This document shows positions 9,137 to 17,527 of a stretch of 64,000 nucleotides of DNA, one piece after another. Numbering within the stretch: position 1 is the stretch's first letter; every line of letters begins with the position of its first letter. Source of the DNA: Clostridiales bacterium (GTDB taxonomy: Bacteria > Bacillota > Clostridia > Saccharofermentanales > Saccharofermentanaceae); contig JAFZWA010000064.1 in the NCBI GenBank assembly GCA_017617525.1, forward strand, positions 325 through 64,324. Reading direction: 5' to 3'. Position numbers and translations under genes: made by a program. A model generated the notes under the pieces. It was not told the DNA's origin. It ran no database searches and worked only from the letters and a program-made list of their open reading frames with translations.

Positions 9137-9826
9137 TCAGATTCCGAAGCCGGCTGACTGTGTCTTTGTGGAGATCGGTTCCGTCGGCGGATCGTTCGGA
9201 TCGATGAACTCGAAAAGAGATCCCGTACAAACTTCCACGAGAATGTACTTATAACCGTCCTGGTAGAAGATCATGGATCCTTCCGGGATGCCTTTGCTGT
9301 GCAGTTCTTCAGTCGGGATCTTGCTGTCGTCTCTTGCTTCGATCGTAGCGCGAAGGTCATAGTCTTCCCAGTCTGTCGGAAGACCGTAGATGACGGTATT
9401 TCCTTCCCACTGGTACAAGGTGCCGTTAAAGACAACGTACATTTCCGATTCCCTGAAGGGCTTTTCCATCTTGATGACTTTGGTCGTCATGACACAGCTT
9501 AAGATCGTTGCTGCCGCGTACGTGGTCCAGATGATGACGCCGATGACGGACAGAAGCTGGATGCCGAGCCACTTTTTAAAGTAGGCAAGGATCATAAGGC
9601 CTATCGCGAGAAATCCCAGGATGGAGATGAAGTAGTAAAGCTTATAGTACGGATCCAGCTCGGAAAGCGCATGTACCGCGAAGATGTTGATGGTGGAAAG
9701 CACACCAAAGAGGACGCACTCGACGATCGTTAAGATCAGCGGTGCGTTCTTTTTCAATGGCTTTTTCGATGAACCGGCTTTTTTCTTTTCCTCGGAAGGA
9801 ACAGCCGGGCTCGTATTTTCAGACAT
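9137..9826 (-). CDS. Hypothetical polytopic membrane protein
   Basis: 229-aa ORF with about 4 predicted TM helices followed by a soluble C-terminal domain. No family recognised. Confidence 0.55.
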   Translation of the reverse strand: MSENTSPAVPSEEKKKAGSSKKPLKKNAPLILTIVECVLFGVLSTINIFAVHALSELDPYYKLYYFISILGFLAIGLMILAYFKKWLGIQLLSVIGVIIWTTYAAATILSCVMTTKVIKMEKPFRESEMYVVFNGTLYQWEGNTVIYGLPTDWEDYDLRATIEARDDSKIPTEELHSKGIPEGSMIFYQDGYKYILVEVCTGSLFEFIDPNDPPTEPISTKTQSAGFGI

Positions 9827-9849
9827 TTACGATAGCTCCTTTGTTACTC

Positions 9850-10164
9850 TCAGTTATTGATGAAGTCCAGGAGTCTGTCTTTCGGCATAAAGCCCATTGT
9901 CTTTTTCGTAACTTCGCCGTTTTCGAAAACGAGAAGAGTCGGGATGCTCGCTACTTTGTACTGCATCGCAAGCTCGACCTGATCGTCTACGTTGACTTTG
10001 CCGACGATGAACTTGCCTTCGTTTTCATTAGCGACTTCTTCAAGGACAGGTCCGAGCATCTGGCACGGTCCGCACCATGTTGCCCAGAAATCGACAACGA
10101 CGGGGAGGGAAGCCTTCAGTACTTCCTGTTCGAAATTATCTTTGGTCAATGTGATCTCAGCCAT
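9850..10164 (-). CDS. trxA: Thioredoxin
   Basis: 104 aa with the WCGPC active site. Confidence 0.95.
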   Translation of the reverse strand: MAEITLTKDNFEQEVLKASLPVVVDFWATWCGPCQMLGPVLEEVANENEGKFIVGKVNVDDQVELAMQYKVASIPTLLVFENGEVTKKTMGFMPKDRLLDFINN

Positions 10165-10181
10165 ATTGGATCTCCTTTTCC

Positions 10182-10379
10182 TTATTTTCTTTTATAGTAT
10201 AACATGCAGTGGCAAAAACCTTCGAAGTCCGGATCGGCGATCTGGTCTCTGAATTCTTTGCACATGCATTTGGTGTCTTCGGTCTTTTCCAGACGGCAAG
10301 GGCAGTAGCCGCCCTTTTGCTTCAAACCTTCCTTAACTGCCGCGACGACTTTCTCATCAGGATTCAGTTCGATCTTCAT
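10182..10379 (-). CDS. Ferredoxin-thioredoxin reductase catalytic-subunit-like small Cys-rich protein
   Basis: 65 aa with CPC...C.C...CHC cysteine spacing (GGYCPCRLEKTEDTKCMCKEF...FCHCMLY). Lies immediately upstream of trxA on the same strand. Confidence 0.65.
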   Translation of the reverse strand: MKIELNPDEKVVAAVKEGLKQKGGYCPCRLEKTEDTKCMCKEFRDQIADPDFEGFCHCMLYYKRK

Positions 10380-10396
10380 TGTTGTCTCCTTTCAAG

Positions 10397-10436
10397 CAAA
10401 AAAATGGGGATCGTTGCTATTCTGCAGCGATCCCCA
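10397..10436 (-). terminator. Rho-independent terminator after the HEAT-repeat gene
   Basis: GGGGATCG (10406-10413) / CGATCCCC (10428-10435) stem, followed on the minus strand by a T7 run. Confidence 0.8.
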
Positions 10437-10458
10437 CGCTTTTAACTAATCGATTATA

Positions 10459-10800
10459 TCAAACTACACGAGTCTTCATCTTGTCGTAAGCTTCTCTTGC
10501 GACTGCCCGTACGCTTGGATCGGAATCAGCGAATGCCAGTTTCTTAAGGTATTCTTCACAATGCTTAGCATTGATCAAACCGGCGGATTCTGCAGCTGCT
10601 GCTCGAACTATCGGGGAAGTATCACGGAAAAGGGGAATCAACTGCATTCCCGATTCATATGTGCTGATCTGTCCCATTGCTTTAGCGACCGCAACGCGAA
10701 CCTCATCTTCCGGGTCATCTATCATCTTTAACAGCGCACCCAGATTCTGCTTCTTACCGAGTTTCTCGATCTTTTCTGTTAATCTATCAATCTTTGCCAT
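10459..10800 (-). CDS. HEAT-repeat domain protein
   Basis: 113 aa with repeated DPxxxVRxAAAxALG-like helices (DPEDEVRVAVAKAMG, SPIVRAAAAESAG, DPSVRAVAREA). Confidence 0.7.
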   Translation of the reverse strand: MAKIDRLTEKIEKLGKKQNLGALLKMIDDPEDEVRVAVAKAMGQISTYESGMQLIPLFRDTSPIVRAAAAESAGLINAKHCEEYLKKLAFADSDPSVRAVAREAYDKMKTRVV

Positions 10801-11040
10801 CCGGATCGCCCCTTTCCTTTTGGATTACTTGTAGTTTCTATACTGATTATGCACTTATTTTTTCCATTATGCTAGTACTATTTGCTAATAACTGCAAAAA
10901 AAATTGTATCAATTTTGTGAACGGCGACACACATATATAAAAACTTATTTAGATAATCGAACAATTTGAAGCAAAAAAGTGTTTCTTCTTTTTTTGAGGT
11001 TTGGTAAACTGATTAAGAATTCCGTATGAGGTGAACGATT

Positions 11041-12147
11041 TTGAGAAGGAAGTCCCGTTTTCTGGCTATATTTCTGATCATTGCGCTCCTTTGCTCATGT
11101 AATGACACGAGCAAGGACAAAAACACCTCCAATTCTCCGGTATCTTCCGAAAATTCGGTTTCGACAGAGAGCACGGTCCCGTCAACACCGACGCCGACCC
11201 CTCTTCCGACCGATACGCCGACTCCGACACCGACTCCCGAACCGACGCCGACTGAGATCAAGATCAGTTTTATCGGCGATACCACGCTCGGCGAACAGCG
11301 CGTGCATATGGGCCAGTCCTATTGCTTTACTTCAACCGTCGGGGACAATTTCTCCTATCCTTTTTCAAAAGCACTGCCGTATCTCGAAGCCGATGATATG
11401 ACACTTTGTAATCTCGAGGGACCTTTGACGTCGTCAAATAACCTCCGTCCGGAGCGCGAGATCTACTTAAAGGGCGATCCGAAGTATGTCGAGTGCCTGA
11501 AACTGGGAAGTGTCGAGTGCTGTAACCTTGCCAATAACCATATGCTCGACTATACCGAGGAAGGCCACCTGGAGACCAGAAAGGTCTTAGAAGACGCCGG
11601 GATCGTATGGAGCGACAACAGTTACTACAATGTTTATGAGGTAAAGGGCGTTAAGATCGGTATGGCCGGCTTTAACTTCACTTACGAAAGATCCCTTTAC
11701 TATAACGCGATCGATGTCCTGCGCGAAAAGGGCTGCGACATCGTCATCATCTCCTGTCATATCGGTGTTGAGAGAATGTACGAGCCGGAAGCGGCGGCGG
11801 TCGAACTTGCCCATGACATCATCGACTACGGCGCGGATATCTATGTCGGATCTCATCCGCACAGACTGCAGCCGGTCGAATACTATAACGGGAAATACAT
11901 CATCTATAGTGAATCGAACTTCTGCTTCGGCGGTCAGCCGTGGCTTTCCGATCCGGATACGGCGATCTTCCAGTGTACCTTCTCGGTATTCGAAGGAAAG
12001 GTCGTCGGAAACCGCATGGAGTGCATCCCGTTTTCGATGAGATCGTCCTCCTCGGGCAACGACTATTGCCCGATGCCCTACGAGAAGGGGACAGAGGAGT
12101 ATGACCGCGTTATGGAGAAGCTCCACTGGTCGGACGAAAACGAGTAG
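11041..12147 (+). CDS. CapA/PGA-cap family metallophosphatase-like lipoprotein
   Basis: TTG start behind GAGGTGA. Signal peptide with Cys (LLCSC), a Thr/Pro linker, then CNLEGPLT...NLANNHMLDY...GSHPH motifs of the CapA family. Confidence 0.75.
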   Translation: MRRKSRFLAIFLIIALLCSCNDTSKDKNTSNSPVSSENSVSTESTVPSTPTPTPLPTDTPTPTPTPEPTPTEIKISFIGDTTLGEQRVHMGQSYCFTSTVGDNFSYPFSKALPYLEADDMTLCNLEGPLTSSNNLRPEREIYLKGDPKYVECLKLGSVECCNLANNHMLDYTEEGHLETRKVLEDAGIVWSDNSYYNVYEVKGVKIGMAGFNFTYERSLYYNAIDVLREKGCDIVIISCHIGVERMYEPEAAAVELAHDIIDYGADIYVGSHPHRLQPVEYYNGKYIIYSESNFCFGGQPWLSDPDTAIFQCTFSVFEGKVVGNRMECIPFSMRSSSSGNDYCPMPYEKGTEEYDRVMEKLHWSDENE

Positions 12148-12213
12148 AAATCGGCTCTTTTTCCTGCGGCAGAAAGGCTTTCGGCTGCCGCGACAAATAT
12201 GTTCGAGAAAAGT

Positions 12214-12262
12214 AAGTGCTTTTGCGGAAAAATCAAAAAATCTAATGTCCGTGAAAGCACTT
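12214..12262. repeat. Inverted pair of degenerate word copies between the capA-like gene and purE
   Basis: AAGTGCTTTTG (12214-12224) and GAAAGCACTT (12253-12262). Confidence 0.7.
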
Positions 12263-12309
12263 TTTGTTTTATAATAGGTCTGTTCTGTTTTTAGTAGGAG
12301 GATAGTAGC

Positions 12310-12813
12310 ATGGCAAAAGTTCTTGTCGTTATGGGCAGTGACTCGGATTTTCCGGTTATGGAGGGCTGTTTTAAGCTCCTGAAGAAGTTCGATATCGCTT
12401 TTGACGCGAAGGTGTGCTCGGCACACAGAACGCCGGATCTCGCAGCGAAGATCGCATCTTCGGCGAAAGAAGACGGATATAGTGTAATTATTGCGGCAGC
12501 AGGACTGGCGGCTCATTTGGCCGGCGTGATCGCTGCCCATACTGTTTTGCCGGTCATCGGTGTTCCTTGTAAGGGTGGGGCACTGCACGGCGTAGACGCT
12601 CTTTATGCGGTCGTTCAGATGCCGACGGGAATTCCGGTAGCGACAGTCGCCATCGACGGCGGCTCTAACGCGGCGATCCTTGCCGCACAGATGCTGGCTT
12701 TAAGTGATGAAGCGCTCAGCAAGAAGTTAGTAGAGTATAAGGCGGGCCTTGCCTCTTCGGTAGCGGAGAGAGACGCGCGCCTTCAGGAAAAAATAGCAAA
12801 TCTGGGGGAGTAA
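12310..12813 (+). CDS. purE: 5-(carboxyamino)imidazole ribonucleotide mutase
   Basis: MAKVLVVMGSDSDFPVM...SAHRTPD...AGLAAHLAGV...PVIGVP, classic PurE. Confidence 0.95.
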   Translation: MAKVLVVMGSDSDFPVMEGCFKLLKKFDIAFDAKVCSAHRTPDLAAKIASSAKEDGYSVIIAAAGLAAHLAGVIAAHTVLPVIGVPCKGGALHGVDALYAVVQMPTGIPVATVAIDGGSNAAILAAQMLALSDEALSKKLVEYKAGLASSVAERDARLQEKIANLGE

Positions 12814-12817
12814 AGGT

Positions 12818-14242
12818 ATGAGCAGAAAGATCCAGGAAGAATGCGGCGTATTCGGTATCTTTGATACGAAGAAGACCAGTCCCGACATCTCCAAACTCAC
12901 GTACTACGGTATTTTCTCACTGCAGCACAGAGGTCAGGCCTCCGCAGGTATCGTAGTCAATCACGACGGCCAGTTCCTCGGCCACAAGGCACACGGCCTG
13001 GTAGCAGATGTATTTGACGATCTGCACCTCGGCACACTGACCGGACACGCGGCCATCGGTCACGTCAGAACTCCGGCTCCGAACGAGAGCGGTTATGACG
13101 TCGTCCAGCCGATGCAGATCAAGTCCCACAGCGGTCAGTTGGCGATCTCCATCAACGGTTCGATCCTGAACGCGGATGAGCTTCGTGATTCTTTAAAGGA
13201 GATCGGCGCGATCTTCCAGACAACGGCAGACTTTGAAGTCCTGCTTTCACTTCTCGCAAGAAACCGCGTATCCTCTGATTCTCTCGAGGGCGCGATCCAG
13301 AAAATGATGGGTGAGATCAAGGGCGCTTACGCGATCCTTCTTATGAGCGAAGACCGTATCATCGGTGTTCGTGACCCGCTCGGCCTCCGTCCGCTGGTAC
13401 TCGGTAAGAAAGACGATATGTATCTCCTGGCTTCCGAGAACTGCGCGTTTGACGCTATCGGCGCCGAGACCATCCGTGACGTTCTTCCGGGTGAGATCAT
13501 TACGATCACTGAAGAAGGTTATTCTTCTATTTATACAGTACCTGAGTGCGACGCTCACAAGAACGGTAAGCTCTGTATCTTCGAGTTCGTTTATCTGGCT
13601 AGACCGGACAGCTTCATCGACGGCACATCCGTTTATGAGTCCCGTGTTCAGACAGGACGCGCTCTGGCTCGTGAGAACCCCTGCGACGCAGACCTCGTTG
13701 TCGCGGCTCCGGACTCCGGTATCGCGGCTGCGATCGGTTACGCTTTTGAAAGCGGCATTCCTTACGGACAGGCTCTCCTTAAGAACCGTTACGTAGGAAG
13801 AACCTTCATCGAGGGCACACAGGCTGCCCGTGAAATGGCAGTACGCCTTAAGTTCTCCGTTCTGAAGACGGCCGTTAAGGGCAAGAAGATCGTTATCGTC
13901 GACGACTCCGTCGTTCGTGGTACGACAACGAAGCACATCATTTCCTTCCTGCGTGAGGAAGGCGCGAAAGAGGTTCACCTCCGTGTCGCTTCTCCGCCGG
14001 TTAAGTTCCCGTGCTACTACGGTGTATCCGCTTCTGAGGCAGATATGCTTCCGGCACGTAAGATGAGCGTAGAAGAGATCCGCGATATGCTGGGTGCCGA
14101 TTCTCTCGGATATGTCAGCCTCGAGGGCCTCAAGGCTTCCACAGAAGGCGCACTTTGCGGTCACTGCTCCGCATGCTTTGACGGTATCTTCCCGGCAGGC
14201 GTTCCGAGCAACAGCGGCGAAGATTCTCCGCACAAGATCTAA
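12818..14242 (+). CDS. purF: Amidophosphoribosyltransferase
   Basis: EECGVFGI N-terminal nucleophile region, LQHRGQ, and PRTase motif VIVDDSVVRGTT. Confidence 0.95.
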   Translation: MSRKIQEECGVFGIFDTKKTSPDISKLTYYGIFSLQHRGQASAGIVVNHDGQFLGHKAHGLVADVFDDLHLGTLTGHAAIGHVRTPAPNESGYDVVQPMQIKSHSGQLAISINGSILNADELRDSLKEIGAIFQTTADFEVLLSLLARNRVSSDSLEGAIQKMMGEIKGAYAILLMSEDRIIGVRDPLGLRPLVLGKKDDMYLLASENCAFDAIGAETIRDVLPGEIITITEEGYSSIYTVPECDAHKNGKLCIFEFVYLARPDSFIDGTSVYESRVQTGRALARENPCDADLVVAAPDSGIAAAIGYAFESGIPYGQALLKNRYVGRTFIEGTQAAREMAVRLKFSVLKTAVKGKKIVIVDDSVVRGTTTKHIISFLREEGAKEVHLRVASPPVKFPCYYGVSASEADMLPARKMSVEEIRDMLGADSLGYVSLEGLKASTEGALCGHCSACFDGIFPAGVPSNSGEDSPHKI

Positions 14243-14252
14243 GGAGAATAGA

Positions 14253-14870
14253 ATGAAGATAGCAGTTTTTGTCAGCGGCGGCGGTACGAACCTGCAGGCG
14301 ATCATCGATAAGATCGCAAGCGGAGAGATCCGAAATGTAGAGATCTCCGAAGTCATCGCGAGCAACGAAAGTGCTTTTGCCATCGAAAGAGCAAAGAAGG
14401 CGGGGATCCCGAGCAAAGTCATCAGTAAGAAAGTGCTCGGAGACGATTACGACGATGCCACACTTACCGAGCTCAACAGTCTCGGTGTGGATCTGGTCGT
14501 TCTGGCAGGATTCCTCTCCATGCTCGGTCCGAAAACAGTTGCGGCTTACGCAAACCGCATTATCAATATCCACCCGGCTCTGATCCCGGCATTCTGCGGT
14601 AAGGGCATGTATGGTATCCGCCCGCACGAAGCCGTTCTGGCTAAGGGCGTAAAAGTGTCCGGCGCGACGGTGCATTTCGTAAATGAGCATTACGACGAAG
14701 GCCCGATCATTTTGCAGAAGGCCGTCGACGTAAGAGAAGACGACACACCGGAAACACTTCAGAAGCGCATCATGGTGGAATGTGAACAGGTTATCCTCCC
14801 GAAAGCGATCCAGCTCATCGCCGACGGTAAGATCGAAGTAGTTAATAATTTGGTTAGAACCAAAAAGTAA
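14253..14870 (+). CDS. purN: Phosphoribosylglycinamide formyltransferase
   Basis: MKIAVFVSGGGTNLQAII...INIHPALIP...GATVHFV. Start at ATG 14253 behind AAGGAG; the ORF track begins upstream at 14094 inside purF. Confidence 0.93.
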   Translation: MKIAVFVSGGGTNLQAIIDKIASGEIRNVEISEVIASNESAFAIERAKKAGIPSKVISKKVLGDDYDDATLTELNSLGVDLVVLAGFLSMLGPKTVAAYANRIINIHPALIPAFCGKGMYGIRPHEAVLAKGVKVSGATVHFVNEHYDEGPIILQKAVDVREDDTPETLQKRIMVECEQVILPKAIQLIADGKIEVVNNLVRTKK

Positions 14871-14891
14871 TGGTTCGGAAAGGATGTTTTT

Positions 14892-16436
14892 ATGATTAAA
14901 AGAGCGATTATCAGTGTATCCGACAAAACAGGCATTGCCGATTTTGCCAGAAAACTCGTAGAACTGAACGTAGAGATCCTCTCTACAGGCGGTACTGCAA
15001 AGCTTCTCGAGAAGGAGGGCATCCCGTGTAAGGAAGTTTCCGAAGTCACAGGTTTCCCTGAGTGCCTCGACGGACGTGTTAAGACACTGCACCCGCTCCT
15101 CCACGGTGGTATCCTCGCTATGCGCGGTAACCCGGAGCACATGAAGAGAGTAGAAGAACTCGGCATCGGTCTGATCGACATGATCGTTGTTAACCTCTAT
15201 CCTTTCAAGGCGACTATCCAGAAGCCGGGCGTTGCTTTTGAAGAGTGCGTCGAGAACATCGATATCGGTGGTCCGTCCATGCTTCGTGCAGCTGCTAAGA
15301 ACCACAAGGACGTAACAGTAATCACAGATCCTGAAGATTACGAGCAGGTCCTTTCCGAGATGAGAGCTACAGGCGATACAACTTACGAGACACGTTTCAA
15401 GCTCGCAAAGAAGGTATTCGAGCACACAGCAGCTTACGATGCTCTTATCGCTAACTACTTCCTTTCCGTATCCGAAGATAAGACTCTGCCGAAGCAGTAC
15501 ACAGTCACTTTCGACAAGGTTTCCGAGATGCGTTACGGCGAAAACCCGCACCAGAAGGCAACATTCTTCCAGAACGCTCTGCCGGTCAAGGGTTCCCTCG
15601 CAGAAGCAAAGCAGCTCAACGGTAAGGAACTTTCCTACAACAACATTTCCGATACAGACGCTACCATCAACTGCCTCAAGGAATTCGACGAGCCGACAGT
15701 TGTTGCCGTTAAGCACGCAAATCCGTGTGGCGTTGGTTCTGCTGACAACATCTACGATGCATGGGTCAAGGCTTACGAGGCTGACTCCGTATCCATCTTC
15801 GGTGGTATCGTAGCTGCTAACCGCGAGATCGACGGAAAGACAGCCGAAGAAATGGCAAAGATCTTCCTCGAAGTCATCGTTGCTCCGTCCTACACACAGG
15901 AAGCTCTCGATATCCTCTGCGCAAAGAAGAACCTCCGCGTTCTCGTTCTGCCGGATATCGCCGCTCCGATCCCGGAAGGCGAGTTCAACTACAAGCGCGT
16001 TAACGGCGGTCTTCTCGTTCAGGATCACGACCGTGGAATCTATGACGAGGCTGAGCTCAAGACAGTTACAAAGACAGAGATCGATCCGGCTCTTAAGGAT
16101 GACATGCTCTTCGCGATGAAGGTCGTTAAGCACGTTAAGAGTAACGGTATCGTTGTTGTTAAGAACAAGCAGACACTCGGTGTCGGCCCGGGCCAGACAA
16201 ACCGTGTAGGTGCTGCTAAGATCGCTCTGGATTTCGCAGGTGAGAAGGCCAAGGGCGCGATCCTCGGTTCCGACGCTTTCTTCCCGTTCTCTGACTGCGT
16301 AGAGACAGCTCACGAGTACGGCATCACAGCGATCGTTCAGCCGGGCGGATCCATCCGTGACCAGGAGTCCATCGATGCTTGCGACAAGTACGGCATCTCG
16401 ATGCTCTTCACAGGCGTACGTCACTTCAGACATTGA
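14892..16436 (+). CDS. purH: Bifunctional AICAR transformylase / IMP cyclohydrolase
   Basis: MIKRAIISVSDKTG...STGGTAK...KTLHP..HGGIL, 514 aa. Confidence 0.95.
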   Translation: MIKRAIISVSDKTGIADFARKLVELNVEILSTGGTAKLLEKEGIPCKEVSEVTGFPECLDGRVKTLHPLLHGGILAMRGNPEHMKRVEELGIGLIDMIVVNLYPFKATIQKPGVAFEECVENIDIGGPSMLRAAAKNHKDVTVITDPEDYEQVLSEMRATGDTTYETRFKLAKKVFEHTAAYDALIANYFLSVSEDKTLPKQYTVTFDKVSEMRYGENPHQKATFFQNALPVKGSLAEAKQLNGKELSYNNISDTDATINCLKEFDEPTVVAVKHANPCGVGSADNIYDAWVKAYEADSVSIFGGIVAANREIDGKTAEEMAKIFLEVIVAPSYTQEALDILCAKKNLRVLVLPDIAAPIPEGEFNYKRVNGGLLVQDHDRGIYDEAELKTVTKTEIDPALKDDMLFAMKVVKHVKSNGIVVVKNKQTLGVGPGQTNRVGAAKIALDFAGEKAKGAILGSDAFFPFSDCVETAHEYGITAIVQPGGSIRDQESIDACDKYGISMLFTGVRHFRH

Positions 16437-16451
16437 TCACTGAAGCGATAG

Positions 16452-16475
16452 GTGCTTTCCCCAAGGTAAAAGCAC
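16452..16475. repeat. Inverted pair of degenerate word copies after the purH stop
   Basis: GTGCTTT (16452-16458), 10-nt loop, AAAGCAC (16469-16475). Begins 15 nt after the purH TGA stop. Confidence 0.8.
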
Positions 16476-16492
16476 TATAAGTGAAATGAATC

Positions 16493-16548
16493 GAACACCC
16501 TGAATAGGAAGAAAAACACCTTCTTTCCTTCAGGGTGTTCTTTTGTTG
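16493..16548 (+). terminator. Rho-independent terminator after purH
   Basis: Perfect 12-nt arms GAACACCCTGAA (16493-16504) / TTCAGGGTGTTC (16529-16540), followed by TTTTGTTG. Confidence 0.85.
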
Positions 16549-16592
16549 TATAATTGGGGCAGGTTTGGGTATTTGGTTTTGGAGGTATTGGT

Positions 16593-17459
16593 ATGGCAGA
16601 GAATAATGATACACAAAAGAGCAGAAAGTGTTATATCGGTTTTATTCTATCGGTCCTGATTTTTGCATTCTTTTGTTTCATTACGGTAATTGATTTTTCC
16701 CGCGGTTTCCCGAGCGATACTGATAAGCTGATCGTCTTTTTTCTGGGCGTTTCCGCATTGGTTGCTCTTTGTATTTCCGCTTCCGGAGTCAAGTATGCAT
16801 CGAGATACCCTATGAAGGGAGAAGGATGGGGGATTACAGGTATCATTCTTTCATCGCTGGAACTTGCGATAGTTTTTTTCCTGATGATTGTTATCGCCTT
16901 AGACTCCTTGGCTGTTGCCTTTTTATCCAAAGGGTACAATGGCCCTGAGGTAAAATACGAAGGCTTTACTATTCAGTTAGATAAGAGTGAGAAAAGAGCA
17001 TCCTGTGCAATGGCAAAATCATGGGAATGGAGTGGAGATCCAAACGATAATGTGATCGATATCCCGGAGGAAACTACCGATGGTATCGTTATTGACAGTA
17101 TCGGAAGAAGCGCGGGACCCAGAACAGTGTTCTTCGATATACTGCCACAAGAGGGAGTAGAGGATCTTTTTGAAGCATGGGGTGTTCCCGAGGGGACCGA
17201 GGTGCATTTTGAAGATCTGGTCTTTACGGTGAAGATCAGCAAAAGCGTGAAAGAGGTCTGTATATCCGGTGTTCCGGATTTCGCTTTGAGAAATGCGGAC
17301 GGAAGTATTACTCACTATCGTACATATCTCTATTTTGAGTGTTCACCGGATCATCCCTATTTCCAGAGTGTTGACGGCGTCCTCGAAGTCAAACCCGATC
17401 AACCTTCCCATACAGGCGCTCTGAAAATATCGGAATATGTGTATAAAGACAAGACTTAA
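16593..17459 (+). CDS. Hypothetical membrane protein inserted in the pur cluster
   Basis: Start at ATG 16593 behind GGAGG. Three or four N-terminal TM helices, then a soluble domain. Has its own upstream terminator and a TATAAT. Confidence 0.55.
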   Translation: MAENNDTQKSRKCYIGFILSVLIFAFFCFITVIDFSRGFPSDTDKLIVFFLGVSALVALCISASGVKYASRYPMKGEGWGITGIILSSLELAIVFFLMIVIALDSLAVAFLSKGYNGPEVKYEGFTIQLDKSEKRASCAMAKSWEWSGDPNDNVIDIPEETTDGIVIDSIGRSAGPRTVFFDILPQEGVEDLFEAWGVPEGTEVHFEDLVFTVKISKSVKEVCISGVPDFALRNADGSITHYRTYLYFECSPDHPYFQSVDGVLEVKPDQPSHTGALKISEYVYKDKT

Positions 17460-17492
17460 TCCTTTCTGACCGATGCGTTTTCCTCTTCGTTT

Positions 17493-17501
17493 TGGTATAA
17501 T
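17493..17501 (+). promoter_or_regulatory. Extended -10 promoter element upstream of purD
   Basis: TGGTATAAT, located 64 nt upstream of the purD start. Confidence 0.6.
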
Positions 17502-17516
17502 AATTTGTCGGTGAGA

Positions 17517-17527
17517 AGTGCTTTTCC
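17517..17527 (+). repeat. Dispersed word, long-form copy in the purD leader
   Basis: AGTGCTTTTCC, within GTCGGTGAGAAGTGCTTTTCCCGCCGATGGAAT, 16 nt after the TATAAT. Confidence 0.9.

Noticed and set aside
12148-12309. Expected purine riboswitch or PurBox upstream of purE.
   Set aside because: I could not find the conserved purine-aptamer junction or loop sequences, or a PurR box. Only the word pair and a TATAAT are visible. An Rfam scan is still needed.
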